DNA of 64,000 nucleotides from Yuukianura sp. NJ FZ-2021 (Eukaryota): NCBI GenBank assembly GCA_046563655.1, contig CM102289.1, positions 9,486,001 to 9,550,000 of the forward strand, read 5' to 3'. Shown piece by piece: positions 51,467 to 64,000 of this stretch (position 1 is its first letter; each line of letters starts with the position of its first letter). The notes under the pieces were generated by a model. It saw only the letters and a program-made list of their open reading frames with translations, ran no database searches and was not told where the DNA came from. The position numbers and the translations under genes were made by a program.

Positions 51467-52798
51467 TCAAAAAGTGAGGAGTAGATTGATTGCGTTGTCA
51501 ATGACTAATTCCAGGAAGGTCATGAGAGTTGCCTGTCTTATGACAAAGTATGGTCCAACGGTGACCCCCACGGGGTGACACGATCGCAGAAACTTGCCCA
51601 TGTGACTGTTGAATCTACTCGCTTCTTTGGTTTTGGTCACAAGTATTTTGGATGCTTCCAGGATACTGTTGGATGTTGGAATGACATCAAGTGTTATGAA
51701 GAGTGTTGCCAGTATTGTGACGGGGAAACCCAAATACCCGGGCATTTTGACTTCACCGTACAAACGGATAGTGGCGTAATCACTCAGCACATTGATGGCC
51801 ATCAGATTGAAAAACGTTATGGGAATGATGATGTAGCGGAAACATAAGTTAAACTGTTTGTTCAGCACTTGAATCATCCGGTAATGTTGCGGCAGCACTG
51901 CAAGGTCTTCCTGCTTACTAAAAAAATTTATGTTTATACTATTAAATCTTTCCTGAGTTAGTTAGTTCATGTTTAGTTCATGTAACACGTTGAACCCTAA
52001 AACTTCTAGTAAAGCCAGGGCCTTTATTAGAACTTTTACGGTATGGAAATGTTAAGTTATGTAACTGACCAGATCATGTTGATGCAGATAGTTGTGCTCT
52101 TGACATAAGTGACGAAGAACATAACATAGAAGAGCATGAGCGATCCAATATGGAAGGACATGTAAGACTCAAAAAGTGCGAAAGGAATCAGCTTCCACTT
52201 CGGCACACCGTGCATTCCGAAGAGACTGAAAAAATATTTCGGGTTTTTGTCCAGTGTGCGCAGAGCAATGAAGAATTGCGTGACGCAGTAGATGTAAATG
52301 GCGTACGAAAATTTTCTAGCGTGTGATCTGCCTCTGCTTTTTACCGTCTCAGGATGAGTTTCTAGATTACAACAAAAAATTAGCTCTTTGCTGATTAAAT
52401 CTATTAAAATTTTGAAAAGTGGCGGTTTTTTGCTTACGCTCAAAGTACTTCATGGTCTGCATGAGATGATTGATGAACTCGACGAGTTCTGTTTGATGTC
52501 TAATTGAGTTGATGTGACACCAACTGCCAGTGAACCAGTTCATGACATTGTACAGGTTCATGAACAGTCTTCCGTAGGACATGTCCATACAACAAGCTGC
52601 TTGGATTAGTCTACCAGCCATAAATACCGTATTTACAAAAATATACACAATGGACAGTATCCAGCGACAGTAGAAATACTTGGACCGCGGTGTACTAGCG
52701 ACCTTGTTTTGAGCATCCCAAAGTACTGGAATACTTGCCGTCAATCGGCCAATTTTCATGCTCAGTCTAATCGCACTATAAATATCCTTAGACAGCAT
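51467..52798 (-). CDS. Divergent gustatory/odorant-receptor-like multi-pass membrane protein (~367 aa)
   Basis: Three phase-consistent exons (52798-52438, 52361-52070, 51917-51467) and about 7 hydrophobic segments. The C-terminus GVTVGPYFVIRQATLMTFLELVIDNAINLLLTF resembles the insect chemoreceptor TM7 region. Confidence 0.7.
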
Positions 52799-52817
52799 CC
52801 TGAACAATTCCCTGCGT

Positions 52818-53025
52818 ACAATACCCTATTTCCTGGGCTATTCCGTGGTACAATACCGTATTTTCTGGAAAATATTTCTTAAACAAAATTTTGAGCAAAA
52901 CTTTTGCAATTTTTTTTATGTCCACAATACCCTATTTCCTAGAAAATATTTAAGGAAAATTTTAGTCAAAATTTAACAAAGTTTTTTGTCTCTACAATAC
53001 CATATTTCCTGGAAAATATTTCTTA
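52818..53025. repeat. Four dispersed copies of CAATACC(C/G/A)TATTT(C/T)CTGGAAAATATTT; pogo/Tc-like TIR-derived repeat
   Basis: Copies near 52819, 52850, 52925 and 52995; TACCGTATTTTC resembles pogo-family TIR starts. Confidence 0.6.
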
Positions 53026-53905
53026 ATGAAAATATTCAGCACAAAATTTTGATTTTTTTTTGTTTCAACAAAGTTTTTGGATTTAGCGCTCAAACTAATG
53101 AAAAAATGGAACGGGATTGGCGTTTAATATAGACGAAGATAAGGAAAGGTTTACGTTCACTTTGAGTCATTTGAAGTTGAGACTTGCGATAAGGAAAATC
53201 CAATTTACACCTTCAAACATTCCAGTCGAGGGCGTAATTTTTTGTAAACAGTTTTAATCGGAAATAACGAGAGCGGGAAACTTCAAAATTCAATTCAATT
53301 GCTTTTTTCAGTTGTGGGCTGATTAATCTTTGCAATTACAATGAATCTTTTATGGTGCACTCATTTTCACTGTTCAGAAGAACTGAAAAGTGCAACTTGA
53401 AATCAAAGGTTCTCGATAGTCCTGCGTTTTAGTTCCCGCGAAATGAGAATTTTAATTAACTTGAGAACGATAATGTAATGCAATTTGACTTAATAGCGTT
53501 CCGTTGCGTTACTTGTTTATAACTTTCCTAACGTTTTAGGTTCAGGTCAAGGTCAAGTTTACTTTGTACCGGATTAAGCTCGGTTCGCGGTTTAACACTC
53601 ACATGTATTCTAATCCTCTGAAAAAGCCTAAAAGAGAAGAAGTGTCCTGAAGCTAAGGATCCTGAAAGAAATTGCCAAATTCAAATATTTCGCACGCAAA
53701 TGAATGAGCGTCATGATTGCTTATTTCGAAGGTTACGCCCACTTTGTGGAATAATTGAAAAAGTACAAGTGGAAACGGATTGAACCATCTCTGTAGCTTA
53801 TTCAGTTGCGAAACAATAAAACAATGGTGAAGGTTCATTTCCAGTTTGAAAGTGGAGAGAACAATTTAATTAACCTTTAACTTCTGAAATTGCATTTTTT
53901 AGAAA

Positions 53906-56900
53906 ATGTTACGTAAATTGTGTTTTGCAGTGACATTGTTGTGGATACTTCGTGATTGCACAAGTTCTTTGGATAATTCTCAAAACGCAAAAATTGTGCT
54001 GACAGATGAAGAAAAAAGTTATGTTTTCATTTCAGAAGACATTTTCCAAGGAATTATTCCTGCAATCAACGAATGCTGGAGCACACTCAAGGTCATTTGA
54101 ACCAGTAACTTTTTTTGAAATTTGAATTTGAAATTTTGGAAATTTCAGTTTCTGGATGTTTTTGTACTTAGACCTTGAAAAATGGAGATATGGAAGTAGC
54201 AGAGTACACGAAACAGTTATTCTGGAACGACATTTTGCTCAAACGGCTCAAGCCATACCACCAAAGTATTCGTGACATTGACCAAGCTGTGCTCAACAAC
54301 CGACCATCAGCAGTTCTCAACAATGTCGTCAATGTCACCGTCATGTAAGTTACCAACAAAATTTTCAAGTCCAACTTTTTTGATTTCGAGATTTTGATTT
54401 TGTATTTTCGAAATTTCGAAACAGTCCGCGAGCATTTGACCTCTCGGAACAAGTGGAAGTGAACAAAAGCGTTGAGTGGCTGGACGTAGTTAAAGATGGG
54501 TGGATCAAAGTGGCTGGAATGATGGCTCAACTCCATTTCAAATATGATTGGACACTGGAACACTTATATGTAAGCTCAAACTTGACCTCTGACCTCACAT
54601 GACCTTTGACCTTTTTTAAAAAAAAAAGTTTTGTTTAGAATACAGGCAGATCGGCGAATGTCGCAGAAGATTTGATGTCGCTCAACAATTCACTAAAGCA
54701 GTACTTTCCCTGGTTCCAGGTCAAAGGTCACACAGAATATAACTTAAAAGCAGTATTTCATTTTCAAAAAAAAAATTCGAACAAGTTTCTTTTAAAGAAC
54801 TTCTTTTTTTTTGAAAATTAGATTTGGAAATGGAACCAAAGCGATACGACAGCATTGCTGTAGTGAGCATGTGCAAAGAAATGGCGTCCGGTGAACTTTT
54901 GCCACCCAAGGACCAATCAAAAAATTTGTTTCTAGGTCTCAAGGAACTTTTGAATTTGGAAGTAATTGTGTCAGAAAAAACTTTTTCAAAAAGATTTAAA
55001 AATTTTCAAAAATTGAAAATTTGTAAGGTTTGAATGCTTCCTTATATTAGGAAAAACGTTTGGAAGAAATGACTCATGCGCGAGAGGATCCCAGTGCAGT
55101 ATGTGCTGGCACCGAAACGATTTCTGGAAAACGCTCAAAAGTTTACCGATACTTGCCAGTATTTGTTCTTCTACATTTGTTGAACGGAGAGTTCAAGTAC
55201 TACATCATGCAAAATATAGCACACATGTACCGATGTCTCCAAAGTAAATTGAAATTTCATTTTTTCAATTTTGTATTTTTGAAATTTTGAGTTTTTCAAA
55301 ATTTTAGGCCGGCAGTGTGACCTTAACGTGTCCGCTTCATCTGTGGAGCATCTGCAGACATTCTACAGATTCTACTTTGACGGAATCGTCAAAGCCTTCA
55401 GAGATAAAGACAAAGCGACGCCATTGGCCGGTTCGGTACCGGTATCGGTTCCGAACTCTGCTTGGAGATGGAGGTGCGACCCCAAAAGTGTTCCAGATGC
55501 TGAAGACCCATACGACGACCAAGTACCGAAACTGAAACACGTTGAAGATGTAACATTCACAAGGTTCTACGACTATCAAACGGTATAGTACACAACTTTA
55601 ATTCAATTTTAAATATAATTAATTTATTAATAATAATTAATTAAATTTAATTTAATGTAGGTTTTTGTGGCAGAAGAACAAGCACTTTCTTTGACCAATA
55701 CTTGTCGTGATAGCTGTGACATTTTTGACGGTGGATTTAGTTCTGTCCCATGCAAGGTCAATGACACTTCCTGTGTAGAACAGCAAAAAGAGTTTGACTG
55801 TTACGGGTCAAGGTCAAGGTCAGTCGATACACCAGTCACATGTCCAAAAGTGTCCAGGTCAATATGTCCACACGGCATTAAGGTAAACACTGTCACTAAA
55901 CTTATTTTCACGTTTAAAATGTTAGTAAAAATGCCAAATGTCAAAAATGTAAAAATTAGTAAAAATATTTTTGAAGTGCACGACCACCAAAATGCAGAAG
56001 GTTCAAGTTTGTGAAGGTCAACGGGATTGGCGACATAGCGAATGGATAGAGCGCGGAGAAGGAAAAATTATGGGCAAAAGTAAGGTCAAGGTCAAAGGTC
56101 AACACATTTTCTAAATTCAAAATTAAAAATTTTCATTTTCAGAAAGTCCTTGCAGTCCTTCGGGAATTAAAAATTTAGCGGCTAAAACGATTGTAGAGGA
56201 AGCGGGAATAACGAAATTTGGATTTGAAAACTGCGAAATCTGCATGTGCAAATGTTTTGAGCCATTGACGACCAGAACTCACAGATTCATCAGCTTGTCA
56301 CCGCAACTGGCGGATATTAAAAACCAAAAAACTTTAGTTGGGCTCAAGTTTATCAAAATTGGAGAAGTCATTTATCCAAAGGTAATCCTATTTTCAAAAT
56401 TTCAAAAACAAAATTTCCCAAAATACTAAAAAATGAGGTTTTTGAAAGATTGCTCAAGCGAAAGTCAAGTATGGAATGCCAAATGACTCAACAATTGAAT
56501 GGATGGATCCTACTCCTGCACTGAATGTGTCTGATGCTGGCAGTATTTTTAGGCTAGGACGAAATGCTAAAAATGTGCTGCTGGATGACATTTTGGCTCC
56601 AGCGGGACATGTCGTCACTGGCGTCAGATTTGTCACAGTGAATTGTCCAATCAGAGGCGACTATCAGTTGAATTCAAGTTCTCCTTCTCCGGTTGACGTA
56701 AGTTGAACATTAATCATTGAAAATTCGGTTTGAAGATCGGTTTCAGTATCGTTTTTTTTTTTGATTTTGAAACTTTTAGGACCTTGAAAAACAAGAGTTT
56801 TGGAATTTCACTTCGCTTGAACAAGAACTGGCGCTAGAAATTCAGGTATGGCTGACTGCATATTATAAAATAGACTACAACTATTAATTAATTTTTATAT

Positions 56901-57321
56901 AATAATTATTATTTTGTAGGTGACAGCTCTGACGGACCAGGGTTTCCTCAACCCGGACAGTGCTGTATGGATGTCCAATGGCCAAAACACGAGTTTGGCC
57001 AGGACGCAAGTTGTGCTGGACGATGCAGATGAGCCACCGTTGAGTGATCTTCCCTCAATCACAAATTCCACTTCGAATCAATTCATTTCAATTCAAAGTT
57101 CATCACTCAAAAGAGACTTTGGCCAAACACCGATTCCATTTTTTGATACGCAAGACATGATCGAGGTGACGAACCTCACTTTGGTCAAGGGCGTGGGACT
57201 ATTTTTCAAAAATAGGCCTGGATTTGGCGGATTTCTGGGGTTTCGTTTAATTTCAGAACCGATTTCAGATGTTCCGGCAAATCCAAGATATGATCTGTGG
57301 CATACAACCCTTCCAAAGTAA
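53906..57321 (+). CDS. Secreted DUF4803-like protein (multi-exon)
   Basis: Signal peptide MLRKLCFAVTLLWILRDCTSS; motifs WRCDP, SLTNTCRDSC, CEICMCKC, RFISLSPQLAD..LVGLKFIK, LDDILAPAGHVVTGVRF, DFGQTPIPFFDTQD, GVGLFFKNRPGFGGFLG, recognised from memory as typical of arthropod DUF4803 proteins. Confidence 0.75.
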
Positions 57322-58458
57322 ATTAATTAAGTAATCATAATTTTAATAATATAAAATATTTTTAATAAACTTTAATTAGTTACTGCGGAATAGAAGGTAG
57401 AGTTTTAAGATTAGCTTGCGCGTACCATTTGGTGCAAATTGATTTCGCAATTACTGTTTGCCAATTATTGAGGAAACTACGCCGCTATCAAAGTTAATGT
57501 CATTTTCTACTTTTTGCGATACTTTGCAAAATTTGCGCTTCCTATGTTTTGCAAATGACTCATGTCGTGTAGTGTAAAGTATAAAGCCGTGTTCGTGAAT
57601 GACGCTTTGGTTTTTGCACACTGCTCTTCTGTTTACGTGGTTCTGATTGGCTGTTTCAAGTGGCCCCACCCTTCTTCTCCTTCTAGAACAATCAGATACA
57701 TGAACTTTCCTCCTTGGCGTCCAGGGTTCCTCACTCCCCGGGCATCAAGAAACTGTTACCCAACTCACTGTACTGATTCACCCACCCGGGAAAAATCAAC
57801 TTCTTTGTTCCAAAATAAATTGTTGTTTATGCTATCTTTAATTTCAGTTTTTGTTACGTGATTTTAGATGTAGGTGTACCAGGTTACATATTCTGAATTA
57901 TAGGAGCAATTGGAAATAACACGTAAACTAAAACAAAAAATTCTGAAATACGTGAAATTTAATTGGGTATAGTGTACATCATTCCAGAATTTTTTTTACA
58001 GGTATGATATAACGTATTGTGATATTTTTTTCTCATCGTATAGTGTTAAATATTTTTTTGTGTTGTGAATCGTACATAATACTTAAATTTTTGTATTTTA
58101 CTTAAATTGTATTATAATTAAATGCTACCTTGTTATTAAATGTTATTTTATGAAATATAATTGCTATACTGGTACCACCGGATTTTAACATTATGACGTC
58201 ATTTGTAACGTTAACTTAACGTTTTGTACTATGATATTGATATTACCCGTTACTGCAGTGAATGGTACTACCGACCCAGTGATAAGGGTGGGTATTAGGT
58301 GTCTAACCCTGTTTCCTTGAGTATGTTTGAGAGAATAAAAGTAGGGAGAACAGTGAGGTTTGTCAGATCGAGTGCAGAAGTGAAAGGGAAGGGTAGTGGT
58401 TCGTTTACTCTCTTATTTTTTAGGACCTTCCTCCGGGACTACCTCAGTGTGTTCCATT

Positions 58459-58544
58459 TCAGTTAAAAACTACAAGAAACTGATCAGACTCACCAGTCTC
58501 AACAATCTCAATTCATTTAAGTGTTTATCCAGTAACCACTCTAG
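58459..58544 (+). promoter_or_regulatory. Probable Inr (TCAGTT) and non-coding first exon of the PNRC gene
   Basis: TCAGTT at 58459-58464, a strong donor AG|GTAAGT at 58545 and an acceptor TTTTGTAG ending at 59274 just before the ATG; a CRE palindrome TGACGTCA lies at ~58194. Confidence 0.5.
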
Positions 58545-59315
58545 GTAAGTACCTTTAAACTAGTACACTTACAATCTTCAAAGTAGAGGAAACCACTTAC
58601 TGGGAATGGACTCTTCCACTCCCATCTCTACCGTATGTCGTAGGATGGACGTGCGAGGGGTGTTGGGTAGACAACAACGGGAGGCTACCTTTGTGTTATG
58701 CTGTCGTAAGATGTTGTGTTGCTATGGGTGAACGTAGGATAGGCATTTCAATGTAACGACGTAGTTTCCCTAGTTTCTTCTTTCTTGCTTTGATACTTTC
58801 TCAAAGTGGTTCCTAGCCTATACTTATGCTTTGGTAATTCATTCGTCATTCGTTCGTATGGTTCTCGTTTGCTCGGCTCAAAAAAAATCGATGAGATGTC
58901 GAGTTGAGGTCGCAAAGTTGCCATGTCCAATGCTCCACCTTTTGTCCTTAAGACCGACATTTTTTAATTATACACTATACAGCTCAACTGAACATATAAG
59001 TTACTCTGAAAAAGCGAGGTCAACGACGTATTTGTTACGATTTTGAACGGTAATTGTGATTTTGTAGTTCAAGTAGCGGAGGATTTCCATTCTTTTACGG
59101 CTCATACTTGGTAGTAGCATGAGTTTAAGTTATTGGGCAGAGATAGGTTAAGTTTAAAACTGTAGTAGTTAGGTTAACGTTAACTTATTGTAGTTAGATT
59201 AACTTAACTTTGGGTTTAGTTTTCAGTTTCGGTATGTTGGATTGTACTGACTGCTTGATGTTTTGGTTTTGTAGATATTTCAGTGGTACAAGTATTCTAA
59301 TCTAATCGAACCAGC

Positions 59316-60107
59316 ATGAGGAGAACAAGAACGCGAGCAAAGTCTGCTTCTGAGGGATCCGAGTCTGGCCGAAGATTGGTGAATGCGAACAATTTAAGGA
59401 GGAGGGTAGATTTATCTGGTCTATCAAGGAAAGATCGTGAAGATTTTTACGCGGGAGCCAAGTTTGACACTGTTCCAGAAAACAATGTGATTCCAGTCCC
59501 ACCTACCAAGTGGATAATGCAGGAGGGGGCTCGATCTCAGTCATCACCAAGCTCACCTATTACAGTGTCTGGCAAGCCAGCGACCATTGTCGCCAGTCCA
59601 TCCGTTCCGATCAAGCTGGACATTGAGTCACTCTTTGGTACAAAACGGACCGAATCAACGGATTTTGGTGATAGTAGGCTCGGCAGACTGCTAATGTCGG
59701 CTTCCGTTCCTGAACGTGAAATGGCTCAACGGTATCAGCTGTCTGAGGAATTGAAGAAAAACGACTTCGCGACGACATCGTCGAGAGAAAAACTTAATCC
59801 GTCTCCAGTCGTTTCGGTTGCTAAGGAACGAAATGCTGGTCCAGTACAAACTCCAACTGTGAAACAAAGTTCAGCGGAGATGTTGAAGAAAGTATCGGGG
59901 ATAAGTGGCAAGGATCTCATGGGGTTGCTCAAAGCAGAGCCTCAGCGACAAGTCAGCAGCGATCAGGAACGGCGGCGACCATCGTCAGCGGCCAAGGTCA
60001 TGTCACCAAGCTGTCAGTTTGAATTTGATCATCCCGTTGACTCTCAGTACAAAGATATTACAAACCATCTCAAATCCATCCTCAAAGTCTCCATTACCGC
60101 TGCGTAG
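59316..60107 (+). CDS. PNRC: Proline-rich nuclear receptor coactivator (PNRC family; Dcp1-binding decapping activator)
   Basis: PNRC motif FYAGAKFDTVPENNVIPVPPTKW and C-terminal ITNHLKSILKV, which resembles PNRC2 MTFQLKTLLKV; single coding exon of 263 aa. Confidence 0.85.
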   Translation: MRRTRTRAKSASEGSESGRRLVNANNLRRRVDLSGLSRKDREDFYAGAKFDTVPENNVIPVPPTKWIMQEGARSQSSPSSPITVSGKPATIVASPSVPIKLDIESLFGTKRTESTDFGDSRLGRLLMSASVPEREMAQRYQLSEELKKNDFATTSSREKLNPSPVVSVAKERNAGPVQTPTVKQSSAEMLKKVSGISGKDLMGLLKAEPQRQVSSDQERRRPSSAAKVMSPSCQFEFDHPVDSQYKDITNHLKSILKVSITAA

Positions 60108-63100
60108 TTTCTCCCGACAAACTTTTCTTTCGTCTCAGAGGATAACCGATCAGTATAATCTTCAGTTTTGGACACCGATTTGGAAATTCAATGGAACAGC
60201 GCGCCAAAATTTAAACTTGGGCAACTCTACTTCTACGACATTTTTTTCATGAATTCGGACAAGGTTGGTTTTAGTTTCGTAAATTTCCAACTGTAAGTCC
60301 TTCCAAGGACTAAAAACTTTTTTAGTCCTGTGTAATTGGCAATGACTTTTGACTTATTATAAATTTTAAATATTTAAACTATTTTTGACATAATGTTGAG
60401 ACTTTTTGGAAAATGAAACGTCCGGATCTCTCAACATTTAAACTTTTAGATAATTTTTTGTTTTTGACATGGAAAAGGTGAATTGAAAGAATCGTCTTCC
60501 CTTAGATGTGGAAACCATAAGAGTGAATTCGGTTGGATACGCAAGAAAGGACACTAAATATCCCTAAATAATAATCGATTAGTTTTAAGTCAATTAGATT
60601 TAAGTTAGTTAAGTCGCAAAAGCGGGGAAAAGTTTGAATTTGAATCGATGGCACGGCGCGCGTATTTTAAAAATTGCATTAGCAAGAAAAAGTGATGTAA
60701 GTCAGCTGATTACATTATATACGTTGACTTAAACGCAAAGTGAAGTGACGGAATTTGAAAAAGTTAAGTAAGTTAATCGATTAATGGTCCATCTCGATAA
60801 ACGCGATGATAAGAGTAAGGTTTTGACTGTGCCTGAGTTGGTCCAGTGTCGGAAAATTTGAAAAGATGGAAATTCGCGCGCGAAAAACCGGAAAATTCGG
60901 AACTTGAACGAATTAATTAAGTAATCGGTGGTTTAAGAACGTAAAAGTGACGCAAAATTGTTATTACGCGAATGTGCGGTATACGCCGTGAAATAGGGTA
61001 AAAGTGTGAACGGAGCACGGAACAATGACTATCATTATAAAAGATGTCATGTATAATATGCAATTAGTTAATTATAATTAATAATTATATAAATATTATT
61101 TTTTGGGGGAAGGTTTAAGGAATTTAAGGACGTGTTAAGTGTACCCTATATGTTGTTTGGAAGGCAAAGAAAATCGCGATTTTTGAAAATCGGTGAAAGC
61201 GATTTTGGAAAATTCGGGTACTGAGGATGAGAAAAATCGTATTGGAGTTTTTAGTAAGTTGTAAACGTACAAAAGGAACAAAGACTTAAAAAATCTCTCC
61301 TTAGTACTGTGTTAAAACGAAGCGTTAGAAATCGAGTCCAAAAAATCCAAGTTTAAGCTAAAATGACATAGTGTTAAATTTTAAAAAACAGTTAAAATGT
61401 TGAAAGACTCATTCATTCGTTTGACTTGGGATTTTAATCACTGAATTATTCATCATGGTAAAAATCATCGGCAGTGAAACTACTTACTTTCTAGTCCTAG
61501 TCCAACCATTTATTTTTCCGTTTTCAACTTTTAATTTTAACTTTTTTTGAAAAAGTGTGGGAAGCCACGACTGATTTATACATTCAAAATGGCTCTCAAA
61601 CTTTTTCAAATTTCCTGCATTTTTTCTTTCTATCCTAAGATGACAGTAAAAGTGAAAAAGTGTTCAGTATTTTTTTTCGTTTTCTGTCATTTTTAAAAGT
61701 ACAAATTAAATATACTCGAAATTGGCTCCACTTTACTCGTTTTTTTAGTTAAATTAAACTTTAATTACTACTTTGACCTCTAAACCCCTCCGACAGAAAG
61801 TAATAGTTTGCTGTGATAAGTCAGTCAAACTTTTTTTAATGGTGGAAAGACATTAATTAAGTACTGTTAATCTAAAATTTAAGACTCATCAATTGATCAA
61901 TTAGTCCAAATTCTTAGTGTACTAATCTCTTTCGTTGCCAAACACTTACCAAAATTGTTATTCCCCAAATTGAAATTCAAAATTTTATGTCATATGGTTT
62001 AAAAATTTCCTAAACTACTAAACTTTCAATTTTTTTTTTAAATTATTGAGGCAAAGTAACACTTTCAGCATCAAGTACCAATTGGATTTTTCTTGGCTTT
62101 GTGCAATTTTGAAATTATTTTCTGTCAGGGTGTACAAAATTTTACCAAAAATTTGACAAATTGTTCTAAAAATTGAGTTTTTTTGAAGTTTAAAAATTGG
62201 AAAAAAATTAGAAACAAGATCAGGTTCAGATTCTCGTTGGTCATTTTTAAAAACTTTCCAAAAAAAAATAAGACTTTTACCGTAATTACTAAATTTGCAA
62301 GCCAAAAAACTTAAGCCGATTTTCCACGTGTGCTTTCTAATCAATCAGTTTGAGGAAGTAATTATATGAAGTTTAGGGAATTTTGAAAAGGCAGGTTAAC
62401 AGACCAGTATGAGTACAGACAATGTTCGAGAAAGTTAAAAACAACAACAACAGGAATTTACCAACAACAACAACTCCTGTTGTGAAACTTTAAAAAAGAA
62501 TTCGCACAAGTCCTTTTTAAAGGATCCATTCAATGCACAATTTATAGGCTTTAAGAGAAAGTGAAAAAGAGTTTGTCCTTGATTAGGGTTTTACCAATGT
62601 CGTCCTTATAACTTTAACTTTAATTAGCCATTAAGTATCAATTGTCTTCGAAATTTTAGAATTCGGTTATTCACGAAAACTAAATTTCAAAATTTGGAAT
62701 TGGCAAAGCCCTCTATAAATTTAGTGATAGTCTAAATCGTTAAGTGTTGTCCTAAAATGTCAAAACAATAACCACCCAGAACAGTTAAAATTTCAACTTT
62801 AGTTTTAAGTTTTCACTTAGATGTTAAAATGCAAAACAGGGAAATATGAAATGGGTTAAAACGTCTTGAGTTTCGGTTGAAAGTATTAATTTTTTTTAAA
62901 TGAGTTTTTTGTACTATTGGCAACTTTTTTTTAAAGAACTTTTTGTTCACACGGTACAAAACTGTGACATTACAATTGCCATTTTAAAGACTGAAAAACT
63001 CTACTGGAAATACAAAGTTTTTTGGGATTTTGTACAACTTTTGTATAAATCTAGTCTTAGAACTTGTATTGAAGGGAGGGTTATCCTAAAATGGCAATTT

Positions 63101-63654
63101 TCAAAAAAATTGAAAAATTTTAAGTTTTAAAAGCAACTTTCTCAGACGGTGAGTACAAAAATTGATTATCTCCCTGTTAACTTGCAACTACTTTGGGTTA
63201 ATTAGTTAAGTCAATTAAAAGTTAAGTGAGAAGTGGCGCTGTGAAGCTAGACACAAAGGAATACCTCCTAAGGTCTAAAGTTAACTAAAATTTAACTTTA
63301 ATTTAACTTTAATTTTCTCTTAATTTATAAGTTTTATTGTCTTTCACAACGAGGTTGAAGGGTGCATCTTTTTTCTTTTTCATAGAAAATCTAACGTTAT
63401 AGTGAGAATATTTTTTGAAAGTCGTTGCATTTTGGTGGTGACAGAGGCTGTGTGGGCAGGATCTCTAGTGTTTTAATTTTAATATATTTAAATATAATAT
63501 TTAAATATTAATTATAATTATTGTTGACCGCCTTGCAATAATTCCTGGGTCAACAATGCAGACTGACTGGACCTAATCACACACGTTCTCTGTCATCGTC
63601 ACAAATATTCTCCTTATAAATTAGCATACATACTAAAAATATCCACAAAAATAT

Positions 63655-63880
63655 TCAACCAATCAGAAAACTCCGTTTTAGCCCTAAACCAATCGGAATC
63701 TCCTTTTTAAGTTTAAACTTTTAACCCTGTTAACTAACTATTAATTGTGATTTTAATAAGGTTATAATTAACTAAACTAAACCAAAAACACAATTGAGCA
63801 AAGGTCCACTGACTAAAGAGTTCTGATTGGTCAAAAAGTTTAAAGCTGGTTTCCTATTGGTTCACTGGATTGGCTAAATT
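63655..63880. promoter_or_regulatory. Cluster of five CCAAT (NF-Y) boxes in opposing orientations
   Basis: AACCAATCAG (~63657) and AACCAATCGG (~63687), then CTGATTGG, CCTATTGG and GGATTGGC at ~63823-63874. Confidence 0.55.
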
Positions 63881-64000
63881 TTATGAAAAACGAATTGTTA
63901 TGTAAATTAGGATTCTAAATATTCGGCAAACGTTTAGTGTTTAAAAAAATACGTTCTCAACATCCAACGAAAAAAAAAATATACAAAAAAAATTAATTGG

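Overview
AT-rich eukaryotic (arthropod) genomic DNA with spliceosomal introns. The gene style and the divergent chemoreceptor-like gene suggest a springtail or other basal hexapod, which is inference only. The left ~31 kb is gene-poor. It holds the 5' part of a minus-strand Dpr-family Ig gene: a signal-peptide exon at ~20.2-20.3 kb joined across an 18.5-kb intron to an Ig exon at 1505-1707. This region is filled with minisatellites, MITEs, TTAGG-like tracts and a decayed BEL/Pao fragment. The right ~29 kb is gene-dense: RpS2 (-), TTC1 (+), a secreted 2xFAS1 protein (-), an SLC18 vesicular transporter with the portabella-type TM11 Asp->Gln change (+), a ~17-finger C2H2 protein with SIM-like motifs (+), KATNAL2 with an upstream X-box (+), PMVK (+), a divergent GR-like 7TM receptor (-), a secreted DUF4803-like protein (+) and a PNRC-family gene (+). 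No rRNA, intact tRNA, CRISPR array or intact transposase was seen. Best leads: the structured element in RpS2 intron 1, the prt-like transporter, the ZNF451-like tandem-SIM zinc-finger protein, the DUF4803-like secreted protein and a recurrent E2F+CHR-like composite motif. Exon boundaries were read by eye and family calls come from motif recognition; no searches were run.
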